In this document: positions 56,720-64,000 of the stretch, piece by piece | Layout of the letters: every line of letters starts with the position of its first letter | Position numbering within the stretch: position 1 is the stretch's first letter | Assembly: GCA_965366365.1 (NCBI GenBank) | Contig: CBDUEV010000009.1 | Span: 969 to 64,968 of the forward strand | Length of the DNA stretch: 64,000 bases | Direction: 5' to 3' | Origin: an uncultured Acidimicrobiia bacterium | GTDB taxonomy: Bacteria; Actinomycetota; Acidimicrobiia; Spongiisociales; JAENVV01 | Translations under genes and position numbers: made by a program | The notes under the pieces: generated by a model | What the model was told of the DNA's origin: nothing | Seen by the model: the letters and a program-made list of their open reading frames with translations, nothing else | Databases searched by the model: none

Positions 56720-58452
56720 CAGAGTCCGGCGAACGGATCGCTGGTGGGCGCGACCTCCTCCCGGCGGGTGGCCCACGGCGGGAACGGAAAGGACACCACC
56801 AACGGCACCGGGATGGCCGGCTGGCTGACCACCATCGTCCCCGGTTTGAGGAGGCGGGCGCGCGCTCGCGTGGACGGCAGCATCCACCCGTATTCGCTTC
56901 GTTCGGCCTCGGCGGCATCGAGTCGACCGGCGACGCGAATGGCGGCGTTCTCCATCACTTCCTGCGCGATGCGTGAAGCCGTTTGCTGAGCTCCGACGAG
57001 CAAGACACCGAGAGATCGGCCCCGTTGGGCGATATCGATCAACATCTCCTTGAGGGGGCTGGCACCTTCGCGCGGGGCGTACTTGTTGAGCTCGTCGAGG
57101 ACGATGACCGACAGGGGCAGACGCTGGCCACTTCGTTCCTTCTCATCGAACGTCTCCTGTAAGAGTGCGCCGACCACGAAACGCTGAGCGAGATCGTGGA
57201 GCGACTGGATCCCCACGACGCTCACCTGGGCAGCTTCGCGATCGATGCGGCGGCTCGCTCCCGCCCGGACGAGGTGCCCGAGGCGCGCCTGCGCGGCGTA
57301 GAGCCGGCGCATGAATGCAGAGACGGTGCCGCCCTGGACTCGACCCGTCCAGGTTCTATCGGGTTCGGATTCGTCTTGAGGATCGAGGAACTCCTCCAGG
57401 GTGTCGACGAGTGACCCGAGGTCCCTGATCGGTCGTTCGCCGGGGTCCAAGGCCACGGCGGAGCCCGCCGGATGACCTCCCGGAGGTGGCTGCCGGAGCA
57501 CGACGGCGCCTTCCATTCCGAGGACGTCGACAGCCCATCGCCGGAGCTGGGCCCGCACCCTCTCCTCGACGAACGACAGCTGGTTCCGCGTGTCGGAGGC
57601 GTCGGTGAACAGAAAGCGCAACAGACCTTCGTCGATGAACTCGCGCGGCGTCCAGGCAAAGGCGCCCACCCCTTCCTGACGGCCCCCCAGATCCGGCAGG
57701 ACCGTGTCTCCCGTGCCCCGTCGCGGCGGGGCCCAGAACGCCACCGAGGGGAAAGGTTCAGGTGCTACCCCGAGCTGGCCCCAGGCGGCCCGCGCCTTTT
57801 CGTCGAATTGCGAGTTCGGCTTGTCGAGCCACAGCAGGTCTTCGCCCTTCACGTTGAACACGAGCACTTTCAGGTTGGCGGCCCCCTCTCCGACGATGTC
57901 GGGCCGGCCGGTCAACATCCGCAGAAAGAACAACGCAAACGATGTCTTCGTGGCCACGCCCGAGATGCCGGAGATCGACATATGGCCGCCCTTGCGACCG
58001 TCGAAGAAATCCAGGTCGATGTACATGGGCAGGCCGTCGCGGCCCGTGCCGATCGGCAAGGGCCGGCCCATCTCGTCGGCGTAGAGCGCCTTATCGCGGC
58101 TCTCGCCGGTCGCCCGCTCCACCGCCTGTCCCGGATCGGGAGACACCCACAGCTCGGGATCGACTCGAGTCACCGCCACCTGAGCGGAACGGACCTTCCT
58201 GGCCGGAAGAATGCCCTGCTCGGCGATGCGAAATGTGTCCGATTCGAAGGAGGCCCCTTCATAGATGCTCTCGACCTCGGTGACCACCCCGTAGGTGGCG
58301 ATCTCGCCGGCGGACGGCACCTCGGTGCGCACCACGACCAGGTCGTCCAGCTGGAGATAACTCACCTCGTCGAGGACGACCCGGAACTCCTGAGTCGAGG
58401 TGTGCTGCGTGCCGAGGACCCTCCCCACCGTGGTTGGTTCGTCGGCACTCAT
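56719..58452 (-). CDS. herA: HerA-like FtsK/HerA-superfamily ATPase (N-terminal HAS barrel plus DUF87 ATPase)
   Basis: Start MSADEPTTVGRVLG (the ORF has a 94-aa junk upstream extension). HAS-barrel-like N-terminus. P-loop region GISGVATKTS (deviant). Walker B VIVLDELNKY. The stop shares 1 nt with the sbcD ATG. The start overlaps the nurA stop (ATGA). Confidence 0.7.
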   Translation of the reverse strand: MSADEPTTVGRVLGTQHTSTQEFRVVLDEVSYLQLDDLVVVRTEVPSAGEIATYGVVTEVESIYEGASFESDTFRIAEQGILPARKVRSAQVAVTRVDPELWVSPDPGQAVERATGESRDKALYADEMGRPLPIGTGRDGLPMYIDLDFFDGRKGGHMSISGISGVATKTSFALFFLRMLTGRPDIVGEGAANLKVLVFNVKGEDLLWLDKPNSQFDEKARAAWGQLGVAPEPFPSVAFWAPPRRGTGDTVLPDLGGRQEGVGAFAWTPREFIDEGLLRFLFTDASDTRNQLSFVEERVRAQLRRWAVDVLGMEGAVVLRQPPPGGHPAGSAVALDPGERPIRDLGSLVDTLEEFLDPQDESEPDRTWTGRVQGGTVSAFMRRLYAAQARLGHLVRAGASRRIDREAAQVSVVGIQSLHDLAQRFVVGALLQETFDEKERSGQRLPLSVIVLDELNKYAPREGASPLKEMLIDIAQRGRSLGVLLVGAQQTASRIAQEVMENAAIRVAGRLDAAEAERSEYGWMLPSTRARARLLKPGTMVVSQPAIPVPLVVSFPFPPWATRREEVAPTSDPFAGL

Positions 58453-59393
58453 GCACTCTCCTTCTGCTGCTCCATGGCCTCGCGCAACGCACGATAGACG
58501 AGCCCCTGATCCCCCAGGTTGCGCCGCAGCTCCCGTTCGAGGGCGCCCACCGGCACCAGGTTCTGGGGCGCTCTGGGATCGGTGTGCGGTTCCGAGGCCA
58601 CCTGCGGAAGCAGCACGGCGGTGCGGTCTGCGATGAGAGCGGCCGTGGCGGCGCCGATGGCCTCCGGAGCGACGCAGCGGACGATGCCACTCCAGGAATG
58701 GCCGCCGACCATCCGTGCCAGGCGGAGATACCATGAGTACTTCGAGTACGGGCCGGAGCGAATCAGGAAGAGCGGCGATCGAAAGCCGGGTTCGAGTTCG
58801 GCCATGATGGGGATGTGCTCATCGTCGAGGTACGAAGCCCGGTGCGTCTTGATCATTCCGACGATCGGGCGAGCTCTCAACTCGGAGATCGGGCCATCGG
58901 CCACGACAAACAGGCCGGAGTCGGCCAGGACTGCCGACAGTTCCGCTTCGGCCGAACGCATACGCTCGTGGAGGTGGCGGACCAGAGCGGCAGGGTCGTC
59001 GTCCTCGATCGAGGCGACCGGATATTCGAGGCCGTGCGCCAGGCGGGGAACTTCGACGTGAGCGCCGTGACTCTGGACGCAGACGCGTTCGACCCGCAGG
59101 TGCTCATAGGTCGAGCGCGGGACCGAGCGGTCCCAGACGACGGCGCCGACCCCGAACGCTCCGAAGATCCCCGGAATGGGCCCCCGTGGTGCGTCGAGCG
59201 TGAGGCGCGCATCGATTCGCTCGACACCGTCGACGAACGCCACCCGACGGACGTCGTCATCGGCACCGACCCGAGGTTCCCACGCCGTCCCCTCGACCTG
59301 GTAGTCGACATCTTCGCTGGAGGGAGCAAAAACCTGTTCGGGTTCTGTGGGGGAGCCATAGCCAGGCTGCCAGCCTTCGACGTACATTCGCAT
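58449..59393 (-). CDS. nurA: NurA-like 5'-3' nuclease
   Basis: 314 aa. FVDGVERI and VVADGPI (DG motifs as in NurA RNase-H-like fold). Obligate HerA neighbour. Identification rests on context plus weak motifs. Confidence 0.55.
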   Translation of the reverse strand: MRMYVEGWQPGYGSPTEPEQVFAPSSEDVDYQVEGTAWEPRVGADDDVRRVAFVDGVERIDARLTLDAPRGPIPGIFGAFGVGAVVWDRSVPRSTYEHLRVERVCVQSHGAHVEVPRLAHGLEYPVASIEDDDPAALVRHLHERMRSAEAELSAVLADSGLFVVADGPISELRARPIVGMIKTHRASYLDDEHIPIMAELEPGFRSPLFLIRSGPYSKYSWYLRLARMVGGHSWSGIVRCVAPEAIGAATAALIADRTAVLLPQVASEPHTDPRAPQNLVPVGALERELRRNLGDQGLVYRALREAMEQQKESA

Positions 59394-59435
59394 ACCGGGG
59401 ATCGTACCGTTGGCCGCCGACAGAATCGCCGACCC

Positions 59436-60725
59436 TCAGCCCGCCCGATCCGCCACCAAGCGCCGCACGGTCCCGTCCGACGACGTGATGTACAACTCGC
59501 CGAAGCCGTCCACTCCAAACGACGTCACCTGGCCGAGATCGCCCACCTGTTCGCTCCAATCGAGATGCTCGACCACCTCCCCGCCCGCAAAGCGAAGGGA
59601 GCGGAGATAGCCTCCGCAGTAATCCGAATAGAAGTACTGACCGTCGATTTCGGGAATCTCGGCGCCCCGGTAGGTGAAACCGCCGGTCACCGAACACGTC
59701 CCGGCGTCGCCGTGGGCGATCTCGAGGACCGGCAGCACGAGTCCGGTCGGGTCACACCCCACCGCTGGCGAGAAACAGTGCAAGCCCTCCATGGTCGACC
59801 ATCCGTAATCCGCGCCCGCCTGGTCCGCCGGCACACGATTGATCTCCTCGTAGCTTCCCTGACCGACATCGGCGATCATCAACCAACCGTCGTCGAAGGC
59901 AAAGCGCCAAGGGTTCCGGAGCCCGAAAGCCCACACCTCAGGCGCCCCACCGGTGTCCTCGAATGGATTGCCGGCGGCGGGAACGGCTCGGCCCGGCTCC
60001 GACACGTCGAGACGCAGAAGCGTCCCCAGCAGCGTCCCCGGGTCCCGGCCATGGCCGAACTCGTCGTTGGCGGCTCCGCCGTCGCCGAGGGAAACGTAGA
60101 GCGCCCCGTCGGGCCCAAAAGCCAGATGGCCACCGTTGTGGTTGGCGGCAGGTTGCGGCACGATGAGAAGGACCTGCTCGTCGAAGAACGTCCCGTCCTC
60201 GGCCACCGCGAACTCGGACACGACGCTGGCGCCGTCCAGGTCTGTGTAATCGACGAAGGCCCTGGGACGCTGCTCGAAGTCGGGCGGGAAGGCCAACCCC
60301 AGCAGACCCTGTTCGCTCCGCGTCGAGACACGAGAGCGAAGATCGAGGACCAGGGTCTCCTCACCGCCAAGCCGCGGCTGGACCCAAATCGTCCCTTCCT
60401 TCCCGACGAGGAAGATGCGTGCATCCTCAACGGGCGCCGCCACCATCACCGGGAAGGCGGCCTCGCTCTCCACGACTCGGACATCGAGACGGGCGAGTGG
60501 GGCGAGTGAAGTCGAGGTCGGGTCGGTTTCGGTGTCGCCGTCCGTCGTCGTGGGCCCCGCGGGTGCCGCCGCGCTGCTCGTCGGAGCCTCCACGGTGGCC
60601 GCAACCGGCGCCGGACTGGTCGCCTCGGTGGCGGGGTCCCCGGCCGAGCGTCCGCACCCGGCCAGAGCCAGCGCGAGCACGAGTGCGATAGCAGCCGTCG
60701 GTGGGGACCAATGCGTTCGATGCAT
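59436..60725 (-). CDS. PQQ-dependent sugar dehydrogenase (soluble glucose/sorbosone dehydrogenase-like) lipoprotein
   Basis: Start MHRTHWSPPTAAIALVLALALAGCG. GLLGLAFPPDF, NHNGGHLAFGPDG and FGLRNPWRFAFD are sGDH beta-propeller signatures. Confidence 0.8.
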   Translation of the reverse strand: MHRTHWSPPTAAIALVLALALAGCGRSAGDPATEATSPAPVAATVEAPTSSAAAPAGPTTTDGDTETDPTSTSLAPLARLDVRVVESEAAFPVMVAAPVEDARIFLVGKEGTIWVQPRLGGEETLVLDLRSRVSTRSEQGLLGLAFPPDFEQRPRAFVDYTDLDGASVVSEFAVAEDGTFFDEQVLLIVPQPAANHNGGHLAFGPDGALYVSLGDGGAANDEFGHGRDPGTLLGTLLRLDVSEPGRAVPAAGNPFEDTGGAPEVWAFGLRNPWRFAFDDGWLMIADVGQGSYEEINRVPADQAGADYGWSTMEGLHCFSPAVGCDPTGLVLPVLEIAHGDAGTCSVTGGFTYRGAEIPEIDGQYFYSDYCGGYLRSLRFAGGEVVEHLDWSEQVGDLGQVTSFGVDGFGELYITSSDGTVRRLVADRAG

Positions 60726-60912
60726 CGGGCCACGGTAGCTCTGTGCCGAAGATTGGCGGGACCGACCCGGGAGCCGGTGGGCGGCGGGGTGGGCGACGAA
60801 GCGCACTTCGGGTTGAGCGGCGACCAACCAGGACGTAGGGTGACGGACGACCGAGGAGCTCACCCTGACCCCCACCCAGAAGAACGACCGGAGAACGCTG
60901 TTCGGCTGGGCC

Positions 60913-62208
60913 ATGTACGACTGGGCCAACTCCGCCTACGCCACCACGTCGGGGGCCATCGTCGCGCCCTTCTTCACCGGTGTGATCGTTCCCGAAGAGG
61001 GTTGGAGGAACCTCAGCGGGGAAACGATCTGGTCGTTGGTGGTGTCGGGCGGCGCTTTCATCCTCTTCCTCATCATGCCGGTGCTCGGGGCGGTGGCCGA
61101 CTTCTCCGCGGCGAAGCGAGCCTTCCTGCGAGCCTTTGCATTTCTGGGTGCGCTGTTCACGATGGCGGTTCCGTTCGTCCCGGCCGGAGCCGTTCCGACG
61201 TTCCTGCTCGTCTTCGTGGTCAGCCAGGTCGGGTTCGTCGCCGCCAACGTGTTCTACGACGGGTTCCTTCCCGTCCTCACCACCGAGGACACCATCGACC
61301 GGGTGTCCTCCCGTGGCTTCGCCATGGGCTACATCGGTGGAGGCCTGTATGTCTTGCTGGCCTTTGTCTTGATCGTCCTGGCGGACGGGGGCACGATCTC
61401 GATGGCGACCGAGACCGCCACCCGAATCGGGATCTTCGGCGCCGGCGTGTGGTGGGTCGGCTTCACCGTGTTCGCCCTCCAGCGCCTTCCCGAGCACGGC
61501 GAAGCGAGCGCCATGCCGGCCGAGTTCCAGTCCAGTCCGCGGCTGGTTGCCTACGCCAGAATCGGATTCGGCCGCACGGTCGCCACCGCCAGGAAGCTTC
61601 TCCAGTTCCGGCAGATTCTGCTGTTCGTCCTCGCCTTCATGTTCTACAACGACGGCACCCAGACCGTCATCAACATCTCGGGCGCGTACGCCGAGGAGAC
61701 GTTGGGCCTGTCGATCACCGAGATCATCATCGCCTTCCTGATCGTCCAGTTCATCGCCTTCGGCGGGGCGATCATGTTCGGTCGAATCTCCGGTCGGATA
61801 GGCCCGAAGCGAGCGATCCTCGCCAACCTCGGCATCTGGATCCTTCTCGCCTTCACCGCCTATTTCCTCCCGGAAGGCGAAGCTCTGCCCTTCTATGGGT
61901 TGGCAGCCGTGGTTGGTTTCGTCCTGGGTGGCGTGCAGGCGCTCAGCAGAAGCCTGTACGGCACGATGATCCCGGAGGAGGCGTCCGCCGAGTTCTACGG
62001 CTTCTTCTCCGTGTTCGCCAAGTTCTCGGCGATTTGGGGACCCCTGGTGTTTGCGATCGTCAGCAACGCGACCGGTTCGGGCCGTCCGGCCATCATGTCG
62101 GTCGCCGCCTTCTTCCTCATCGGCGGCTTCCTGTTGAGCCGCGTCGATGTCGACGAGGCTCGCCGATCGCGTCAGGACTGGCACTTCGAGGGCGCCGAAG
62201 TCTCCTAA
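60913..62208 (+). CDS. MFS transporter (UMF1/Atg22-like family)
   Basis: 12 TM segments. YDWANSAY N-terminal motif. The conserved N-terminus appears to continue upstream (…KNDRRTLFGWA) without an in-frame ATG/GTG/TTG. Confidence 0.75.
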   Translation: MYDWANSAYATTSGAIVAPFFTGVIVPEEGWRNLSGETIWSLVVSGGAFILFLIMPVLGAVADFSAAKRAFLRAFAFLGALFTMAVPFVPAGAVPTFLLVFVVSQVGFVAANVFYDGFLPVLTTEDTIDRVSSRGFAMGYIGGGLYVLLAFVLIVLADGGTISMATETATRIGIFGAGVWWVGFTVFALQRLPEHGEASAMPAEFQSSPRLVAYARIGFGRTVATARKLLQFRQILLFVLAFMFYNDGTQTVINISGAYAEETLGLSITEIIIAFLIVQFIAFGGAIMFGRISGRIGPKRAILANLGIWILLAFTAYFLPEGEALPFYGLAAVVGFVLGGVQALSRSLYGTMIPEEASAEFYGFFSVFAKFSAIWGPLVFAIVSNATGSGRPAIMSVAAFFLIGGFLLSRVDVDEARRSRQDWHFEGAEVS

Positions 62209-62221
62209 GCTGGAGATCACC

Positions 62222-62689
62222 ATGACCGACCTACCCGATCAACCAGATGAGTGGTCCGACGCCGAAGTGATCGATGCCGAGGTGATCGACACCGAATCCG
62301 TCGGCGAGACCGAGACCTCTCTCGGCGTTCCAGAGCCCATCGAGACCCCAACGCGTCCAGCCGGGTCGCCGGAAATCAAGCCCACCGTCTATCGGGGTTC
62401 GGGTTTCCGCTGGTCCTTTGTCTTCGGGTCGCTTCTCGTGGTGCTGATGCTCCTGCTGATGTTCTTCAACTTCCAGGAGGTGGAGTTCCGATTCTTCACG
62501 TGGAAGATCAACGCCCCACTGGCCGTCGTCATCCTCGGTACGGCGTTGATCGCGGTGGTCATCGACGAGCTGGCCGGTTTCGTGTGGAGGGTGCGGCGCC
62601 GCCGGCAGCTGAAGGCACGTGCCGAACTCAAGGCACTGCGTCGAGAGACCGCCCCGCCGAAGACGTCACGCTTCCGGAACAGGAAGTGA
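62222..62689 (+). CDS. LapA-domain (DUF1049) membrane protein
   Basis: RBS GGAGA before ATG 62222. Acidic N-terminal tail, then a LapA-like double TM (WSFVFGSLLVVLMLLL…FFTWKINAPLAVVILG) and a basic C-terminal tail. Confidence 0.65.
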   Translation: MTDLPDQPDEWSDAEVIDAEVIDTESVGETETSLGVPEPIETPTRPAGSPEIKPTVYRGSGFRWSFVFGSLLVVLMLLLMFFNFQEVEFRFFTWKINAPLAVVILGTALIAVVIDELAGFVWRVRRRRQLKARAELKALRRETAPPKTSRFRNRK

Positions 62690-64000
62690 CCGAACGCCTC
62701 GTGGTCATCGGCGGCGATGCCGCCGGAATGTCCGCGGCCAGTCAAGCCCGCCGGCGCCGATCCGCTGCCGACCTGTCGATCACCGTCTTCGAACAATCGA
62801 ACTGGGTGAGCTACTCCGCCTGCGGAGAGCCCTACTTCATCGCCGGAGATGTCCCCCGCCTCGACCAACTCATCGTTCGGACGCCAGAACAGTTCGCCCG
62901 CCAGGACATCACCGTCCACATTCACCACAGAGTCGAGGAGATCGACACCGCCGACCGCACGGTCACGGTGCATGGTCCGACCGGCACCTTCACCGAGGGT
63001 TACGATCAGCTCGTCTACGCGACTGGCGCCGTGCCGGTTCGTCCTCCCATCGAAGGCATCGACCTCGCCGGGGTTTTCACACTCAAGAGCCTCGACGACG
63101 CGGTGGCCATCAAGGCCGCCGCCGAAGGCAGCAGGCAGGCGGTGGTCGTGGGCGGCGGCTACATCGGGCTGGAAGTCGCCGAGGCGTTCCACCGACTCGA
63201 CATCGACACCACCCTGGTGACTTCGGGCGGCGGCGTGATGAATCGTTCTCTCGATCCCGAGATCAGCGACCTGGTTACCGAAGGGATCCGCTCACGGGGC
63301 GTCGAAGTGGTGACGGGACTCCGGGTCGCCTGCCTCTCCGACACCTCGGGCAGGGTCACAGGTGTGACATGCGACGGCAACGCGATCCCGGCCGATCTTG
63401 TGGTGTTGGGCTTGGGCACCCGCCCCGCCAGCGAACTCGCCGCCGGCGCCGGGATCCCGCTCGGCCCCACCGGCGCGGTAGCCGTCGACGATCGGCAACG
63501 GACCCGCGTGGACGGAGTATGGGCGGCAGGCGACTGCGCCGAAGCCCTCCACCGATTGACCGGAAGACCCGCCAACGTGCACCTCGGCACGGTCGCCAAC
63601 AAGCAGGGTCGGGTCGCCGGGATCAATCTGGGCGGCGGAACCGCCCGATTTCCCGGCATTCTCGGCACGGCCATCACCAAGTTCTTGGATCTCGAGATCG
63701 CCCGGACCGGTCTCGGCGAAGCAGAGGCCGCCGCCTACGGCTTCGACGTCGTGTCGGCCGTGACGGAGAGTTCGACCACGGCCGGCTACTGGCCAACCGC
63801 CGCCCCGATGAGTTTGAAAGTGGTGGCGGAGCGCCACAGCGGGCGTCTGCTCGGTGCTCAAATCGTCGGTGGACCGACCGCCGGGAAACGAATCGACACG
63901 CTGGCCACGGGCATCTGGAACGAAATGGACGGACACGCCTTCAGCATGATGGACCTGTCCTATGCCCCACCGTTCTCCGGCACATGGGACCCTGTCATGA
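62686..64000 (+). CDS. FAD-dependent pyridine nucleotide-disulfide oxidoreductase (CoA-disulfide reductase / NADH oxidase family), 3'-truncated by the window end
   Basis: GTG start overlapping the upstream stop (GTGA). VVIGGDAAGMSAA (FAD GxGxxG), redox Cys in YSACGEPY, VVVGGGYIGLEVAE (NAD site), AAGDCAE. Open to base 64000. Confidence 0.75.
   Translation, partial: MTERLVVIGGDAAGMSAASQARRRRSAADLSITVFEQSNWVSYSACGEPYFIAGDVPRLDQLIVRTPEQFARQDITVHIHHRVEEIDTADRTVTVHGPTGTFTEGYDQLVYATGAVPVRPPIEGIDLAGVFTLKSLDDAVAIKAAAEGSRQAVVVGGGYIGLEVAEAFHRLDIDTTLVTSGGGVMNRSLDPEISDLVTEGIRSRGVEVVTGLRVACLSDTSGRVTGVTCDGNAIPADLVVLGLGTRPASELAAGAGIPLGPTGAVAVDDRQRTRVDGVWAAGDCAEALHRLTGRPANVHLGTVANKQGRVAGINLGGGTARFPGILGTAITKFLDLEIARTGLGEAEAAAYGFDVVSAVTESSTTAGYWPTAAPMSLKVVAERHSGRLLGAQIVGGPTAGKRIDTLATGIWNEMDGHAFSMMDLSYAPPFSGTWDPVM

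Noticed and set aside
1-64000. tRNA/rRNA genes, IS elements, integrases and prophage boundaries.
   Set aside because: No T-loop/acceptor-stem patterns, transposase/integrase motifs or direct-repeat-flanked low-GC islands were recognised by eye. Gene content is uniformly high-GC housekeeping. A tRNAscan/Infernal run would be needed to be certain.

Overview
This is a 64-kb, roughly 68% GC, gene-dense chromosomal segment that looks actinobacterial. Supporting signs are an AdnAB-type helicase-nuclease pair, very high GC3, frequent GTG/TTG starts and many 1-4 nt start/stop overlaps. I call about 60 protein-coding genes. I saw no rRNA, tRNA, CRISPR, transposase or integrase.

Gene content, 5' to 3':
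(1) The tail of a nuclease-domain gene, two small proteins, BI-1/YccA, a secreted spondin_N protein and a DUF2238-like membrane protein, then adnA-adnB.
(2) dtd, tag, plsB.
(3) A minus-strand trio: small ORF / B12-binding radical SAM / secreted protein.
(4) A lipoprotein, DUF1992, DUF427, then a UvrD-family helicase with a 180-aa N-terminal extension and a C-terminal HRDC domain.
(5) An SRPBCC-like protein, a canonical CobB-type sirtuin, a site-2 protease with CBS domains, and a thioredoxin+NHL lipoprotein.
(6) An orphan pilT followed by two paralogous 150-aa proteins, then nfuA-like, ATP-grasp, malQ, a PD40 lipoprotein and thiamine pyrophosphokinase.
(7) A 9-kb minus-strand beta-oxidation operon: acyl-CoA dehydrogenase, MaoC, SDR, two acyl-CoA synthetases, a family-III CoA-transferase/racemase-like protein and another SDR.
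(8) SDR, methyltransferase, AI-2E transporter, rhodanese, SufE, SDR, murI, cytochrome c, DUF368, a CPA2 antiporter with USP domains, gpsA.
(9) A nurA-herA-sbcD-sbcC operon, a PQQ-dependent sugar dehydrogenase, MFS, a LapA-like protein, and the 5' part of a CoA-disulfide-reductase-family flavoprotein.

Most notable observations:
- One translationally coupled operon joins HerA-NurA to SbcD-SbcC, an archaeal-type arrangement. The same 60 kb also carries AdnAB and a UvrD2-like helicase.
- A 5-copy tandem 15-bp TGGCA repeat fills a convergent gap.
- Two consecutive perfect hairpins, one with 18-bp arms, sit inside the beta-oxidation operon.

Gene starts were placed by conserved N-termini and RBS and are approximate (a few codons either way). 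Functional names come from motifs recognisable in the translations, not from any database search.
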